Below are positions 8,615 to 19,285 of a DNA stretch of 52,713 nt, piece by piece. The stretch lies in the NCBI GenBank assembly GCA_964354265.1, contig CAYGYY010000002.1:1-52713 (forward strand), written 5' to 3'. A program made the position numbers and the translations under genes. The number at the start of each line of letters is the position of its first letter. Within the stretch, counting starts at the first letter, position 1. The DNA is from an uncultured Actinomycetota bacterium (GTDB taxonomy: Bacteria; Actinomycetota; Humimicrobiia; Humimicrobiales; Humimicrobiaceae). The notes under the pieces were generated by a model. The model searched no databases. It was not told where the DNA came from and saw nothing but the letters and a program-made list of their open reading frames with translations.

Positions 8615-9597
8615 AATCAGTAATAGTAGAAATACAAAAAGATCACTGTATCTTACTTGCTCCGGATGGCAGGTTCTTAAGGAAAGAAATCCCTGCCGGA
8701 ATCTATGAGCTTGGTGATGAAATACAGGTTGAGGAGTTTAAGCTTGAACCTGCAGGTATGCGCAAGCTGTCATTTAATATATTCCCCAGGCTGGCTGCAG
8801 GCATTGCAGCAGTTATAGTACTGGTAATAGGTACCTACTTTGGCGTCAAATATATTATGGATACAGGCACTGCATCAGGTGTAACAATAGCAGCAGTAAA
8901 ATCAGCAGAGGAAGAAACAGAGACAATGCAGGAGATGGCATTATCAGCAGAAAGAAGTATTCCCGACAGCCAACCACAGGAAGAAACATCAGCGGCAGGA
9001 GAAATAGCATCTGTTGAATCGCCCGCCGAAAACAGCACACTGCAGGAAGACTTGAAAGATAGCTCGCAGGAATCAGTGGAAACGGGCTCGCAGGAAGCGC
9101 TGAAAGACGGTTTGCAGCAAGACATATATGACCAGCCTCAGGCGGAAGGGATGGAAGTACCTCAATCACCGGTCCTTTTTGAAGCTGTTTATAGCCTCGA
9201 TAGTGATGCTGATAATATAAATGCATATATACCAGTTGATTACCCTGGTCTTAGTATTAAATATAAGGTCGAAAAATACCTGCAGGACAATGAAGGCGCT
9301 GCAGGTGATGTAACTTCTGAAAGCCCGGATGATACAATATCCACTTCTAATGAAGAGATAAATAAAACTGATGCCAGTACAGGGATTTTATACCTGGATA
9401 TAAAGAATATTGCAGAAAATACGATGTACAGCGGGAATATAACTGTATTATTTTTAGACAAGGACGGTGGTGTGCTAACTTCAAATGTGCTTACTTTAAT
9501 GGATTTCGATTATGAAAATTTACGCCAGGAAAAAATATTATTAATGCCTGACTATAAAGCTTTTATACTTAATGTTTCCGGTGAAATCAAGTATTAG
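8611..9597 (+). CDS. rsgI: Anti-sigma-I factor RsgI-like (RsgI_N domain, TM, unknown extracytoplasmic domain)
   Basis: The N-terminus KSVIVEIQKDHCILLAPDGRFLRKEIPAGIYELGDEI is typical of RsgI_N. The ATGA start/stop overlaps sigI. A single TM spans aa ~60-80, followed by an acidic linker and a C-terminal domain of ~140 aa. Confidence 0.8.
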   Translation: MKSVIVEIQKDHCILLAPDGRFLRKEIPAGIYELGDEIQVEEFKLEPAGMRKLSFNIFPRLAAGIAAVIVLVIGTYFGVKYIMDTGTASGVTIAAVKSAEEETETMQEMALSAERSIPDSQPQEETSAAGEIASVESPAENSTLQEDLKDSSQESVETGSQEALKDGLQQDIYDQPQAEGMEVPQSPVLFEAVYSLDSDADNINAYIPVDYPGLSIKYKVEKYLQDNEGAAGDVTSESPDDTISTSNEEINKTDASTGILYLDIKNIAENTMYSGNITVLFLDKDGGVLTSNVLTLMDFDYENLRQEKILLMPDYKAFILNVSGEIKY

Positions 9598-9690
9598 ATT
9601 TTTTAATTATAATTACCTTAATTTATGGCATAATTTTTTCGATAATTATTAATAAATAAAATATATAAAAATTTATCATGTGAGGTGACC

Positions 9691-10710
9691 ATGAAAGGCA
9701 AAAAGTCAAAAATTGTAATAGGGGTTTTGACAGCGGCAATCATAATAGCGTTTATCTTTACAGGTTGTTCTATTGCACAATCTGTAGAGGAAGCTGCAGG
9801 CGGATATGGGGATTATGCTGAAGGTGTGGAGTCCAGGGATGTTCTTACGGAAGCCCCTGTTGAGAAAGAGATGTTAATGGATCAGTCAGCAGCTACCACA
9901 GTACCATCCGAAGCAGTAGTAGATACCGGCGGGGAACTTTATACCCAGGCAGGCAGTTCTGATGTGGCTACCTCCCAGGTAATAAATACAAAACTTATAA
10001 AAAATGCGTCTGCCCAGATTGAAGTTGAGAAAGGTGCCTTTGAAAAAACATTTTTTTCTATTGCAAGCCTGGCGGAGCAGTATGGCGGTTATGTGAGCAA
10101 TTCCCAAAGTTATTCGGACGTTGAAGGTAATATGACAAGCGGAACTATAACTATCAGGGTTAATAAGGATAATTTTGATGCTGTGATCAATAAGATAAAA
10201 GAAATGGGTACGGTACAGAACATATCTATCAATGTTTCTGATGTCACTCAGGAGTATGTGGATAATGAGAGCAGGCTGAAAAACCTCGAGGCACAAAGGC
10301 AAAGCCTTCTTCAGCTTATGGAAAAATCAGTGAAGGTAGAGGACAGCATTGAAGTTCAAAGAGAACTAAGCAATGTTGAAGGCCAGATAGAAGTTATAAA
10401 GGGGAGGCAGAACTACCTGGATAATCTTATAGCATATTCAACAATCGATGTATATTTAGCAGAACCCCAGGCAATAACCGACTCAACTGGGGGCGGTTTC
10501 CTTGGCGCTGTAAAGAGAGGCGCACGAGGCGCGCTTACAACTTTACGAGTCATAACGATGGGAATTATTATAATAAGCCCGCTTCTATTGCTGGCAGGCA
10601 TTATAATAATTATTATCTGGCAAAGTCTGAGAGCTAAAAACAGGAGAAGAGCAATGATGAAATCCCAGACCCAGACCCAGGCTCAGGCACAGGAACAGGA
10701 GAAAAAATAA
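9691..10710 (+). CDS. DUF4349 domain lipoprotein
   Basis: Lipobox IFTGCS. Motifs IKNASAQIEVEKG, GTITIRVNKDNFD, DVTQEYVDNESRLKNLEAQ, a coiled coil and a C-terminal TM. ATG 9691 follows GAGGTG; the ORF-track start is 9685. Confidence 0.8.
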   Translation: MKGKKSKIVIGVLTAAIIIAFIFTGCSIAQSVEEAAGGYGDYAEGVESRDVLTEAPVEKEMLMDQSAATTVPSEAVVDTGGELYTQAGSSDVATSQVINTKLIKNASAQIEVEKGAFEKTFFSIASLAEQYGGYVSNSQSYSDVEGNMTSGTITIRVNKDNFDAVINKIKEMGTVQNISINVSDVTQEYVDNESRLKNLEAQRQSLLQLMEKSVKVEDSIEVQRELSNVEGQIEVIKGRQNYLDNLIAYSTIDVYLAEPQAITDSTGGGFLGAVKRGARGALTTLRVITMGIIIISPLLLLAGIIIIIIWQSLRAKNRRRAMMKSQTQTQAQAQEQEKK

Positions 10711-10782
10711 AAATATAAAAAAATTATTTCCGGCAGGAAAGAATTAGTAGAAATCAATAGGTAAATATAGGAATTCAAAAAT

Positions 10783-10820
10783 AACCAGGCTCTTTAAACA
10801 GAGCCTGGTTTTATTATTTT
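10783..10820. terminator. Bidirectional intrinsic terminator between convergent genes
   Basis: An 11-bp stem AACCAGGCTCT/AGAGCCTGGTT with a 6-nt loop. A T-rich tract follows on the plus strand and an A-rich tract precedes it. Confidence 0.6.
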
Positions 10821-10824
10821 GTAC

Positions 10825-12060
10825 CTATTCATATCTTAAAGCTTCAATCGGGTTCAATCTCGCAGCCCGCATTGCAGGATATATGCCAAAGAAAAGGCCC
10901 ACTATTGTGGAAAATGTAAGTGCAAGTATTATTGAGAATGCTGAAATGCTTGTCGTCAGTATTGTAAAATTATTTACTATGAGCGATACAATGACTGCAA
11001 AAGATATTCCAAGGATACCTCCGGTAATGCTCAATACAACGCTTTCAGTTAAAAACTGAAGCAGGATATCCTTGTTTTTTGCCCCGACAGCTTTCCTGAT
11101 GCCTATTTCTCTTGTCCTTTCAGTAACTGACACAAGCATGATATTCATTATGCCGATACCTCCAACGAGAAGAGCTATCCCCGCAATGCTTGAAATTGTG
11201 ATAGTGAATATATTTGTTATTGTACCCAGGATATCAAGCAACTGGGTCTGGTTTTGAACAGTAAAATCATTCTTTTCGTCTGCAGCAAGATTGTGCGACC
11301 TTCTTAATATACGCTCTATCTCGTATGAAGCCTGGTCCATCGTCTCTTCAGAAGCGCTCTGGGCTATTATCATATTGATATAATCGATTCCGTAAAGCTT
11401 GTTCTGGGCCGTAGTTATTGGAATGGAGACCGAGTTATCCTGGTCATTGCCGAACTGGTCACTGCCTTTTGGTTTTATCGTGCCTATAATAGTAAAGTTT
11501 TTTCCGTCAATCTTTATTATTTTACCCAGGGGGTCTATCTTGCCAAAAAGCTTGTTTATTACTGTCTGGCCTATCAATGCGACATTCGCGGAATTCTGGA
11601 CATCGCTTGGGCTGTAAAACCTGCCCCTGTCTATCTTAAAATTATAAATATCCTCAGCTTTTTCATCTGATGCATAAATAGACACCATTTCACTTTTATT
11701 GAGATAAGACACTATAGAGGAATTAAGGATTGTTGGTGCAGCGCCATTAAGTAGTGTGGCCTCACGCTCAATTGCTTTAACATCATTAATTGTCAAGGCC
11801 TCCCTGTCTTTATCTTCACCCATCATTTGTTCAAATCCCTGGGATTCTTCCTCACGGTTGCCGGGCATTACTATTATAAGGTTGGAGCCTATATCCTGCA
11901 CGCTGCTTATCACGGATTCCTGTGCGCCATATCCAATCGACATCATAGCGACAACAGCGCCTACTCCAATAATGATGCCAAGCATTGTCAGAAATGCCCT
12001 GAGCTTGTTAGCAGCAAGTGACTGGAATGCTATTTTTACGCTTTCACCAAATCTCTTCAT
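10825..12060 (-). CDS. ABC transporter permease, MacB/FtsX type
   Basis: 411 aa. It has an N-terminal TM, a large extracytoplasmic MacB_PCD-like domain and a C-terminal FtsX 3-TM bundle (REIGIRKAVGA..., IYPAMRAARLNPIEALRYE). Confidence 0.9.
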   Translation of the reverse strand: MKRFGESVKIAFQSLAANKLRAFLTMLGIIIGVGAVVAMMSIGYGAQESVISSVQDIGSNLIIVMPGNREEESQGFEQMMGEDKDREALTINDVKAIEREATLLNGAAPTILNSSIVSYLNKSEMVSIYASDEKAEDIYNFKIDRGRFYSPSDVQNSANVALIGQTVINKLFGKIDPLGKIIKIDGKNFTIIGTIKPKGSDQFGNDQDNSVSIPITTAQNKLYGIDYINMIIAQSASEETMDQASYEIERILRRSHNLAADEKNDFTVQNQTQLLDILGTITNIFTITISSIAGIALLVGGIGIMNIMLVSVTERTREIGIRKAVGAKNKDILLQFLTESVVLSITGGILGISFAVIVSLIVNNFTILTTSISAFSIILALTFSTIVGLFFGIYPAMRAARLNPIEALRYE

Positions 12061-12118
12061 TTAAGGATTTCCCATTTCATATTAGTTAGTCTATCTTAGT
12101 CAATGTTTCTTCACTTCT

Positions 12119-12895
12119 TTAGCAGGTCCTGGTTATTTTGTCCTCTAGCCGTGGCATTTTTGCAAGCATTTCAGTTGCAGCTATCGGACACTCTATTTTT
12201 TCCTCATTAAATATCAGACCATCACGCAAATATATTATACGGTTTGTATGCCTGGCAATATCCAGCTCATGCGTAACAAGCAGTATTGTTTTTCCCTTGC
12301 TGTTCAGGTTTTGAAATATTGCCATTATCTCTTCACCAGTTACAGAATCAAGGTTTCCCGTTGGCTCATCGGCAAGTATTATTGCAGGGTCATTTACCAG
12401 TGCCCTGGCAATTGCAACTCTTTGTCTCTGACCCCCGGAGAGCTCGCTGGGTTTGTGCTTTTCCCAGCCTATCAGCCCTACTGATTGCAGGGATTCATAT
12501 ATTTTTGCTTTTCTTGTTTTAGAAGAGCCTTTTTTTGCATATATCAGAGGAAGCTCTACATTGGAAACTGTGTTTGAGCGTGAAAGAAGGTTAAAAGTCT
12601 GGAACACAAACCCTATTTTTTTATTCCTGATATCTGCAAGCTGGTCGTCTTTCAGCTTGCTGACATCAATATTCTCAAGGAGGAAAGAGCCATTATCAGG
12701 AATGTCCAGGCAGCCAAGTATATTCATGAGGGTTGATTTACCGGAGCCCGAAGGCCCCATTATTGCTATGAATTCACCCCTTTGTATTTTCAGGTCTATA
12801 CCTCTTAAAGCAATTACTCCTATCTTTCCCAGGTAATATGTTTTTGTTATGCCTGTAATATCTATTATACAGTCATTATTTTTACAATCTTCCAT
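12119..12895 (-). CDS. ABC transporter ATP-binding protein (MacB/LolD-like)
   Basis: Walker A GPSGSGKST, Q-loop, signature LSGGQRQR, Walker B ILADEPT and H-loop THE. Confidence 0.93.
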   Translation of the reverse strand: MEDCKNNDCIIDITGITKTYYLGKIGVIALRGIDLKIQRGEFIAIMGPSGSGKSTLMNILGCLDIPDNGSFLLENIDVSKLKDDQLADIRNKKIGFVFQTFNLLSRSNTVSNVELPLIYAKKGSSKTRKAKIYESLQSVGLIGWEKHKPSELSGGQRQRVAIARALVNDPAIILADEPTGNLDSVTGEEIMAIFQNLNSKGKTILLVTHELDIARHTNRIIYLRDGLIFNEEKIECPIAATEMLAKMPRLEDKITRTC

Positions 12896-12931
12896 ATTAT
12901 TAGTTCCAAACTCTGATGTGAGTCAACTGCT

Positions 12932-14392
12932 CTAGGTACCGGTTTCATTTCCAGTTGAATCAGTAATTGATATTACTACGGTGTCGCCTTCTGCCAGGCC
13001 TGATTTTACCTCGATATAATCATAATTATAATTTCCTGTTGTTATCTCAACTTTCTCAATAACATTTTTCTCATCTATTTTATCAACATAACTTTTGCCG
13101 TTGTCACTATAGACCGACTGGATTGGAATATAGAGGACATTTTCCACCTTTGATATTATTACAGAGAGATTTACAGAAAGACCGTATTTTAGATAAGAGA
13201 CAGCTTCCTTGTCAGGCTCTACAGTTATCTCAAAAGATACTATTCCGGCAATGTTTTCTGAAAGCGGGGATATATCAGTGATCTTTCCTTTGAAACTAAG
13301 CTCCGGGTATGCATCAAATGTAAGTTCGGATTCCTGGTCGATTGACAGTTTTGTTATATCTGTCTCGTTTATATCTGATTTTACTAAAAGGTCTTTGCTT
13401 ATTACGGATATTGCAGCAACCCCGGGGCCTGCAGTTTCACCTTCTGCAAAGTTTGAATTAAAGACAATCCCGTCAAATGGCGCTAGGATGCTGTAATTGT
13501 CACTATCTGTTTCTACAAGCTCTATATTTATTTTCGACAGTTCATACTGTAACTCAGCCTGTTCAATGCTTTTACTCATTAGCTTTATCTGGGCCAGGGC
13601 TGTTTCAAGGCTATTGATTCCGGACCAGTAAGTTATTGACTGGTTTATAAGTGCCTGGTTATATGCGCCTTCTGCTGAATTTGTCTGCGCCTGTGAACTT
13701 TCTTTTGCCTGCTTATAAGCATCTTCAGCGGACTCTATATTGACTTCTGCCTGGGCTTCAAGTGAGGTAGTAGAGTAAGGGTCATCCTCTATCTCATCCA
13801 TGTAAAATTCCGCATTTGAAATTGCATTGCGGGCTGCCCTTATATTGGCATCAGCCATAGTATTAGCGCCTTCCATTGCCTTAAATGCATTCTGTGTTGA
13901 AGTTGCGGCAAGGTTATTGTTTGATTCTACAAGCTGGACAGCAACATGGTTTGCATCGAGAGCGCTCTGGTAGTTTATTTTAGCCATCTCTATGGATTTT
14001 CCTGCCAGTTCTAAATTTGTTTCAGCCTGGCTGACATATAGCTTGTTTTTTGAATCATCTATCCTTATAAGGGTATCGCCCTTTTTGAACTCTTTTCCTT
14101 TCTCGATAATTTCAAGTACTTTTGCGCTCTGGGTCAATGAATAATTCCTCATTTCCCTAGCATCTACTGCTCCTGTTGAAGTTATTGATTCAACAATATC
14201 TCCCCGCAATACTGTGAAAGTCTCGATTTCCTGTGATTCAGAGCCTGAACATCCGGATAAACCGGTTAGCATGAAAAAAGCAGCAGGTATCAGGGTTAGA
14301 GCGATTACAAGGATTTTTTTTAAATTTAATTTACTAAAGAATGTTTTTAGCTTAACTTTAGTAAGATTACCTTTCATAAGCTTGATTATCAC
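12932..14392 (-). CDS. HlyD/MacA-family periplasmic adaptor, lipoprotein
   Basis: Lipobox LSGCSG. It has a biotinyl-lipoyl-like segment, a long alpha-hairpin and beta-barrel C-terminal parts. It is the first gene of a three-gene minus-strand operon with the ABC ATPase and permease. Confidence 0.85.
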   Translation of the reverse strand: MIIKLMKGNLTKVKLKTFFSKLNLKKILVIALTLIPAAFFMLTGLSGCSGSESQEIETFTVLRGDIVESITSTGAVDAREMRNYSLTQSAKVLEIIEKGKEFKKGDTLIRIDDSKNKLYVSQAETNLELAGKSIEMAKINYQSALDANHVAVQLVESNNNLAATSTQNAFKAMEGANTMADANIRAARNAISNAEFYMDEIEDDPYSTTSLEAQAEVNIESAEDAYKQAKESSQAQTNSAEGAYNQALINQSITYWSGINSLETALAQIKLMSKSIEQAELQYELSKINIELVETDSDNYSILAPFDGIVFNSNFAEGETAGPGVAAISVISKDLLVKSDINETDITKLSIDQESELTFDAYPELSFKGKITDISPLSENIAGIVSFEITVEPDKEAVSYLKYGLSVNLSVIISKVENVLYIPIQSVYSDNGKSYVDKIDEKNVIEKVEITTGNYNYDYIEVKSGLAEGDTVVISITDSTGNETGT

Positions 14393-14574
14393 GGTATTCT
14401 CTCCATATATTTAAATATTTATTTCCAAACCATAAATAATAAAATCAAAGTCAACCAGTGTCAAGATAAAGACCTGTATTTTAAGTTATTATTTACTTTT
14501 TTTAGTTTGACATTTTATATTTCTGGCAAGTTTTTATATGGCATGGTTTTTTGCATTATTATATAATACTTTAG

Positions 14575-15900
<1,326 letters not shown>

Positions 15901-16015
15901 TAATATAAGGAAATAAAAAAAAAGGCAGAAAAAATAATTGATAGTTTCCAGGTCTGTAATAGGCAGCATATCGCCTGAAGTTGAAGAAAAAATCTTAAAA
16001 ATCAAGGATAGTAAA

Positions 16016-16798
16016 ATGCAGAAGAAAATCGTACTTCTGACAAATGATGATGGCATAGAGTCGGAAGGGTTAAAAACATTATATTGCACATTCCTGGAGG
16101 ATGATAAGTTCGATATAAGGATAGTAGCTCCAGATAAGGAAAGAAGCGCCGTTGGGCATGCCATAACAGTCTTTGACCCTATTTCTGTTAAAAAAGAGTA
16201 TATAAATGATGTTTTCTGCGGTTATTCTGTAGACGGCACACCTGCTGATTGCGTAAAACTTGCCATAACAGCAATATTTGAAAGGAAGCCGGATATACTC
16301 ATATCAGGTATAAACAGGGGCGCAAACATTGGGGAAAACATAATATATTCCGGGACTGTATCTGCCGCTACAGAAGGTACGATCTATGATGTGCCATCTA
16401 TTGCAGTGTCTATGGATAATTTGAGGGATACTGATTACAGTTATGCTGCGAAATTTACAAAGAAAATCGCGGATATTGTACTCGCTACCGGAAACCTCCC
16501 CAGGAGGGTACTGTTAAATATCAATTTTCCCGATGTAGAACCGGGACTTATCCGGGGGGTTAAATTCACCCACCAGAGTGAAGTAAAATTTAAGGACATA
16601 TTCATAAAGAGAGTGGATCCGCGCGGCAGGGATTATTACTGGATGGATGGGGAATATGAAGTGATTTCAGACGACGAGGATAGCGACTATGCAGCAATAA
16701 AAAGCAATTTTATTTCAATTACACCGATCCAGCACGATATGACAGACTATAACAGGATGGATTATTTTAAAAAAATTCTAAACTATAAAATATTATGA
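16016..16798 (+). CDS. surE: 5'/3'-nucleotidase SurE
   Basis: MQKKIVLLTNDDGIESEGL, GINRGANIGENIIYSGTVSAATEG. The internal ATG at 16016 with an upstream AAGGA is preferred over the TTG at 15938. Confidence 0.92.
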   Translation: MQKKIVLLTNDDGIESEGLKTLYCTFLEDDKFDIRIVAPDKERSAVGHAITVFDPISVKKEYINDVFCGYSVDGTPADCVKLAITAIFERKPDILISGINRGANIGENIIYSGTVSAATEGTIYDVPSIAVSMDNLRDTDYSYAAKFTKKIADIVLATGNLPRRVLLNINFPDVEPGLIRGVKFTHQSEVKFKDIFIKRVDPRGRDYYWMDGEYEVISDDEDSDYAAIKSNFISITPIQHDMTDYNRMDYFKKILNYKIL

Positions 16799-17826
16799 AA
16801 AAAGAAATCTATATTAGGGACTTAAAAGATGGAGCCAGCATAGAATCTTTATTTATTGTAACAAAGATAATAAAAAGGGTGAAAAAATCCCAGCGCATCG
16901 AAATTCCTGATGAAGAATATTGCCAGGTCAGGCTCCAGGATAGCAGCGGAGTCATTGATGGCATTATCTGGCCGGAAGCTTTAAAGAAGTCCCCGGATTT
17001 CAATGAAGAAGACTATGTTGAAGTTAAAGCTGCAGTTTCCCAGTTTAAAGGCTCGCCCCAGCTTGTTATTAATTCACTCAGGATCGTTCCTAAAAGCGGG
17101 ATAGATCCTTCCTGTTTTGTAAGGTCCATTACAGAAGAAAGCAGGAATAAAATGGTTCTTGAAATCAAGGAAATGATCACTGGCATAAAAAATCCGGATT
17201 TAAAAAAACTTCTTTACTCTTTTTTTGATGACATAGAGATTTCGGAGATTTTTAATATGTCTGCTGCAGCAGTCAGGTATCACCATGCTTATTCAGGGGG
17301 GTTGCTTGAACATTCACTTGCTGTTGCAAAAAATTGCGATCTTATATCCCAAAATTATCCTGAGCTGAATCGTGACCTTATGGTTGCTGGGGCACTTTTG
17401 CATGATATCGGTAAAATCGAGGAATATAAGACAGGCATTATTATAAAGATAACTGATGAAGGCGGCCTGATAGGACATATTGCAATTGGTTATGGCATGG
17501 TGCTTGAGAAAATCAAGGAACTCCCTGGATTTGATAAAAACATTGCAAAAAATATCCTTCACATCATAATCAGCCATCATGGTTATAAAGAATTCGGTTC
17601 TCCAAGAGTCCCTGAGACCCCGGAAGCATTTGTCGTATATCATATGGACCATATGGATGCCGATATTTTTCATGAAAAATTCGAAGTAGCAGAGCAGGAT
17701 ACAGCGTCAACTGAAAATGGTTTAAGCGATAATGATATTTCGCCAGGGCATATATACAGGAAAAGAAAAAATCCTGACTACAGGCAGGCACAGAATCCAA
17801 ATCAGCAGAAACTTTCAGGATTTTAA
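16795..17826 (+). CDS. OB-fold plus HD-domain 3'-5' exoribonuclease, YhaM-like
   Basis: It has an N-terminal OB fold (CQVRLQDSSGVIDGIIW) and an HD domain (HHAYSGGLLEHSL, LLHDIGK, ISHHG). Its start overlaps the surE stop (ATGA). Confidence 0.8.
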   Translation: MKKEIYIRDLKDGASIESLFIVTKIIKRVKKSQRIEIPDEEYCQVRLQDSSGVIDGIIWPEALKKSPDFNEEDYVEVKAAVSQFKGSPQLVINSLRIVPKSGIDPSCFVRSITEESRNKMVLEIKEMITGIKNPDLKKLLYSFFDDIEISEIFNMSAAAVRYHHAYSGGLLEHSLAVAKNCDLISQNYPELNRDLMVAGALLHDIGKIEEYKTGIIIKITDEGGLIGHIAIGYGMVLEKIKELPGFDKNIAKNILHIIISHHGYKEFGSPRVPETPEAFVVYHMDHMDADIFHEKFEVAEQDTASTENGLSDNDISPGHIYRKRKNPDYRQAQNPNQQKLSGF

Positions 17827-19278
17827 AGACTTCAAAATACTTATGGCCTTTCCGCATATCCTGTTTATTGCATCGGGCGCAGTAGATATTTCAGGAGCAT
17901 AGCTTGAGTCCATCATATATACCTGGTCTATGGTAAATTCCCCCGCCAGCGCTGCTGCAAATACATCAATTCTTTTACTTACGCAATCTTTACCGGACAT
18001 TTGCGCTCCAAGGAGCCTTCTTGTGCTTTTATCGATTATCAGGGTAATGAGGATATTTGATGCGCCAGGCAGCGCTTTTATATGTGACGGATACGTATCA
18101 GTGATTTTCATTGCATCGAACTTGTATTCAAGGGCCCTGGAAAAACTAATGCCGGTTCTTGCAAGTTCTGTGCCGAATATCCTGTCAGTCTTAGTGTCTG
18201 CAGAACCTGTAAAAACATCATGACCTCCTGCCGCATTGGCTCCGGCAACCCTGCCCGATTTTATTGCATTATTTGCAGTGGGGATATATTCATAAGATCC
18301 GGTTATAATATTTTTGACAAGACAGCAATCGCCAGCTGCATAAATATTAGTATGTGAAGTCTGCTGCATGCCGGATACTTTGATTGCATTTTTCTGTCCC
18401 ATATCTATCTGGCCACCGCTTATAAAGCTGGTATTTGCGGTAACGCCTGCTGATATTATAACCAGGTCCGCATCTATTTCTTTTTTTATATTTTGCATAT
18501 CATAACCGGTAACAGCAGAGACTGAGTATGCAAGACCTGTCGAAGTACTTATATTTAAAGCTACTGCCCTGGAATCCGGGATTATTTTCAAGCTTGAAGT
18601 TACCAAATTACCAGGGTATGCCAATATTCCGGAAGAATCCTGGCTATCTGATAAAAACGCAGTGACTTCATCTTCATAATCACTGAGTATCCTGTGCGAA
18701 GACTCAATTATAGAAACCTTTATGCCAAGCTTTATTAAAGACTCAGCTAAAAGTAAACCGGTGGAGCCTCCCCCAATGACACAGGCACATGATGGATTTT
18801 TTTCATCAATATATTTTTTTAGTCTTAATGCGTCACTTATATCCCTGAAATAAAATACATTACCGGCATTTACTCCCGGTATATCTATTAATGCCGGCTT
18901 TGCGCCACTGCAAATTATAAGCCTGTCATATTCAAAGATTTTACTGGATTCATTGCCAGGACTATCAGCATTTCCCGGGACCCAGGCAGTTATTTCTTTT
19001 CTAAAAGGATTCAGAGAAACAACCCTGTGACCGGTAAGTATTTTTATTTTTCTTTTTTCTTCAAAAAAAGAAGGCGGATATGTAAAAATGCTTGTGATAT
19101 CTTTTATAATGCCTGAAATATAATATGGTAATCCGCATGCGCCATAAGAAATATAGCTCCCGCTTTCAAGCACAGTTATATCAATATCAGGATTTTCTCT
19201 TCTTGCCTGGCTTGCAGCTGCAAGCCCTGCAGCATTTCCACCTATAACAAAAATGTTTTTATAAAGATCTGTAAGCAT
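17815..19278 (-). CDS. FAD-dependent pyridine nucleotide-disulfide oxidoreductase, CoA-disulfide reductase/NADH oxidase family
   Basis: VIGGNAAGLAAAS, single redox Cys context SYGACGLPYYISG, second dinucleotide fold VIGGGSTGLLLAE, and IYAAGDC. Confidence 0.85.
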   Translation of the reverse strand: MLTDLYKNIFVIGGNAAGLAAASQARRENPDIDITVLESGSYISYGACGLPYYISGIIKDITSIFTYPPSFFEEKRKIKILTGHRVVSLNPFRKEITAWVPGNADSPGNESSKIFEYDRLIICSGAKPALIDIPGVNAGNVFYFRDISDALRLKKYIDEKNPSCACVIGGGSTGLLLAESLIKLGIKVSIIESSHRILSDYEDEVTAFLSDSQDSSGILAYPGNLVTSSLKIIPDSRAVALNISTSTGLAYSVSAVTGYDMQNIKKEIDADLVIISAGVTANTSFISGGQIDMGQKNAIKVSGMQQTSHTNIYAAGDCCLVKNIITGSYEYIPTANNAIKSGRVAGANAAGGHDVFTGSADTKTDRIFGTELARTGISFSRALEYKFDAMKITDTYPSHIKALPGASNILITLIIDKSTRRLLGAQMSGKDCVSKRIDVFAAALAGEFTIDQVYMMDSSYAPEISTAPDAINRICGKAISILKSLKS

Positions 19279-19285
19279 TTATTTT

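Noticed and set aside
17815-17826. Convergent 3'-end overlaps: YhaM-like/CoADR at 17815-17826, and SIMPL/GT2 at 26186-26199.
   Set aside because: Short stop-region overlaps are common in compact genomes, and there is no evidence of a functional antisense element.
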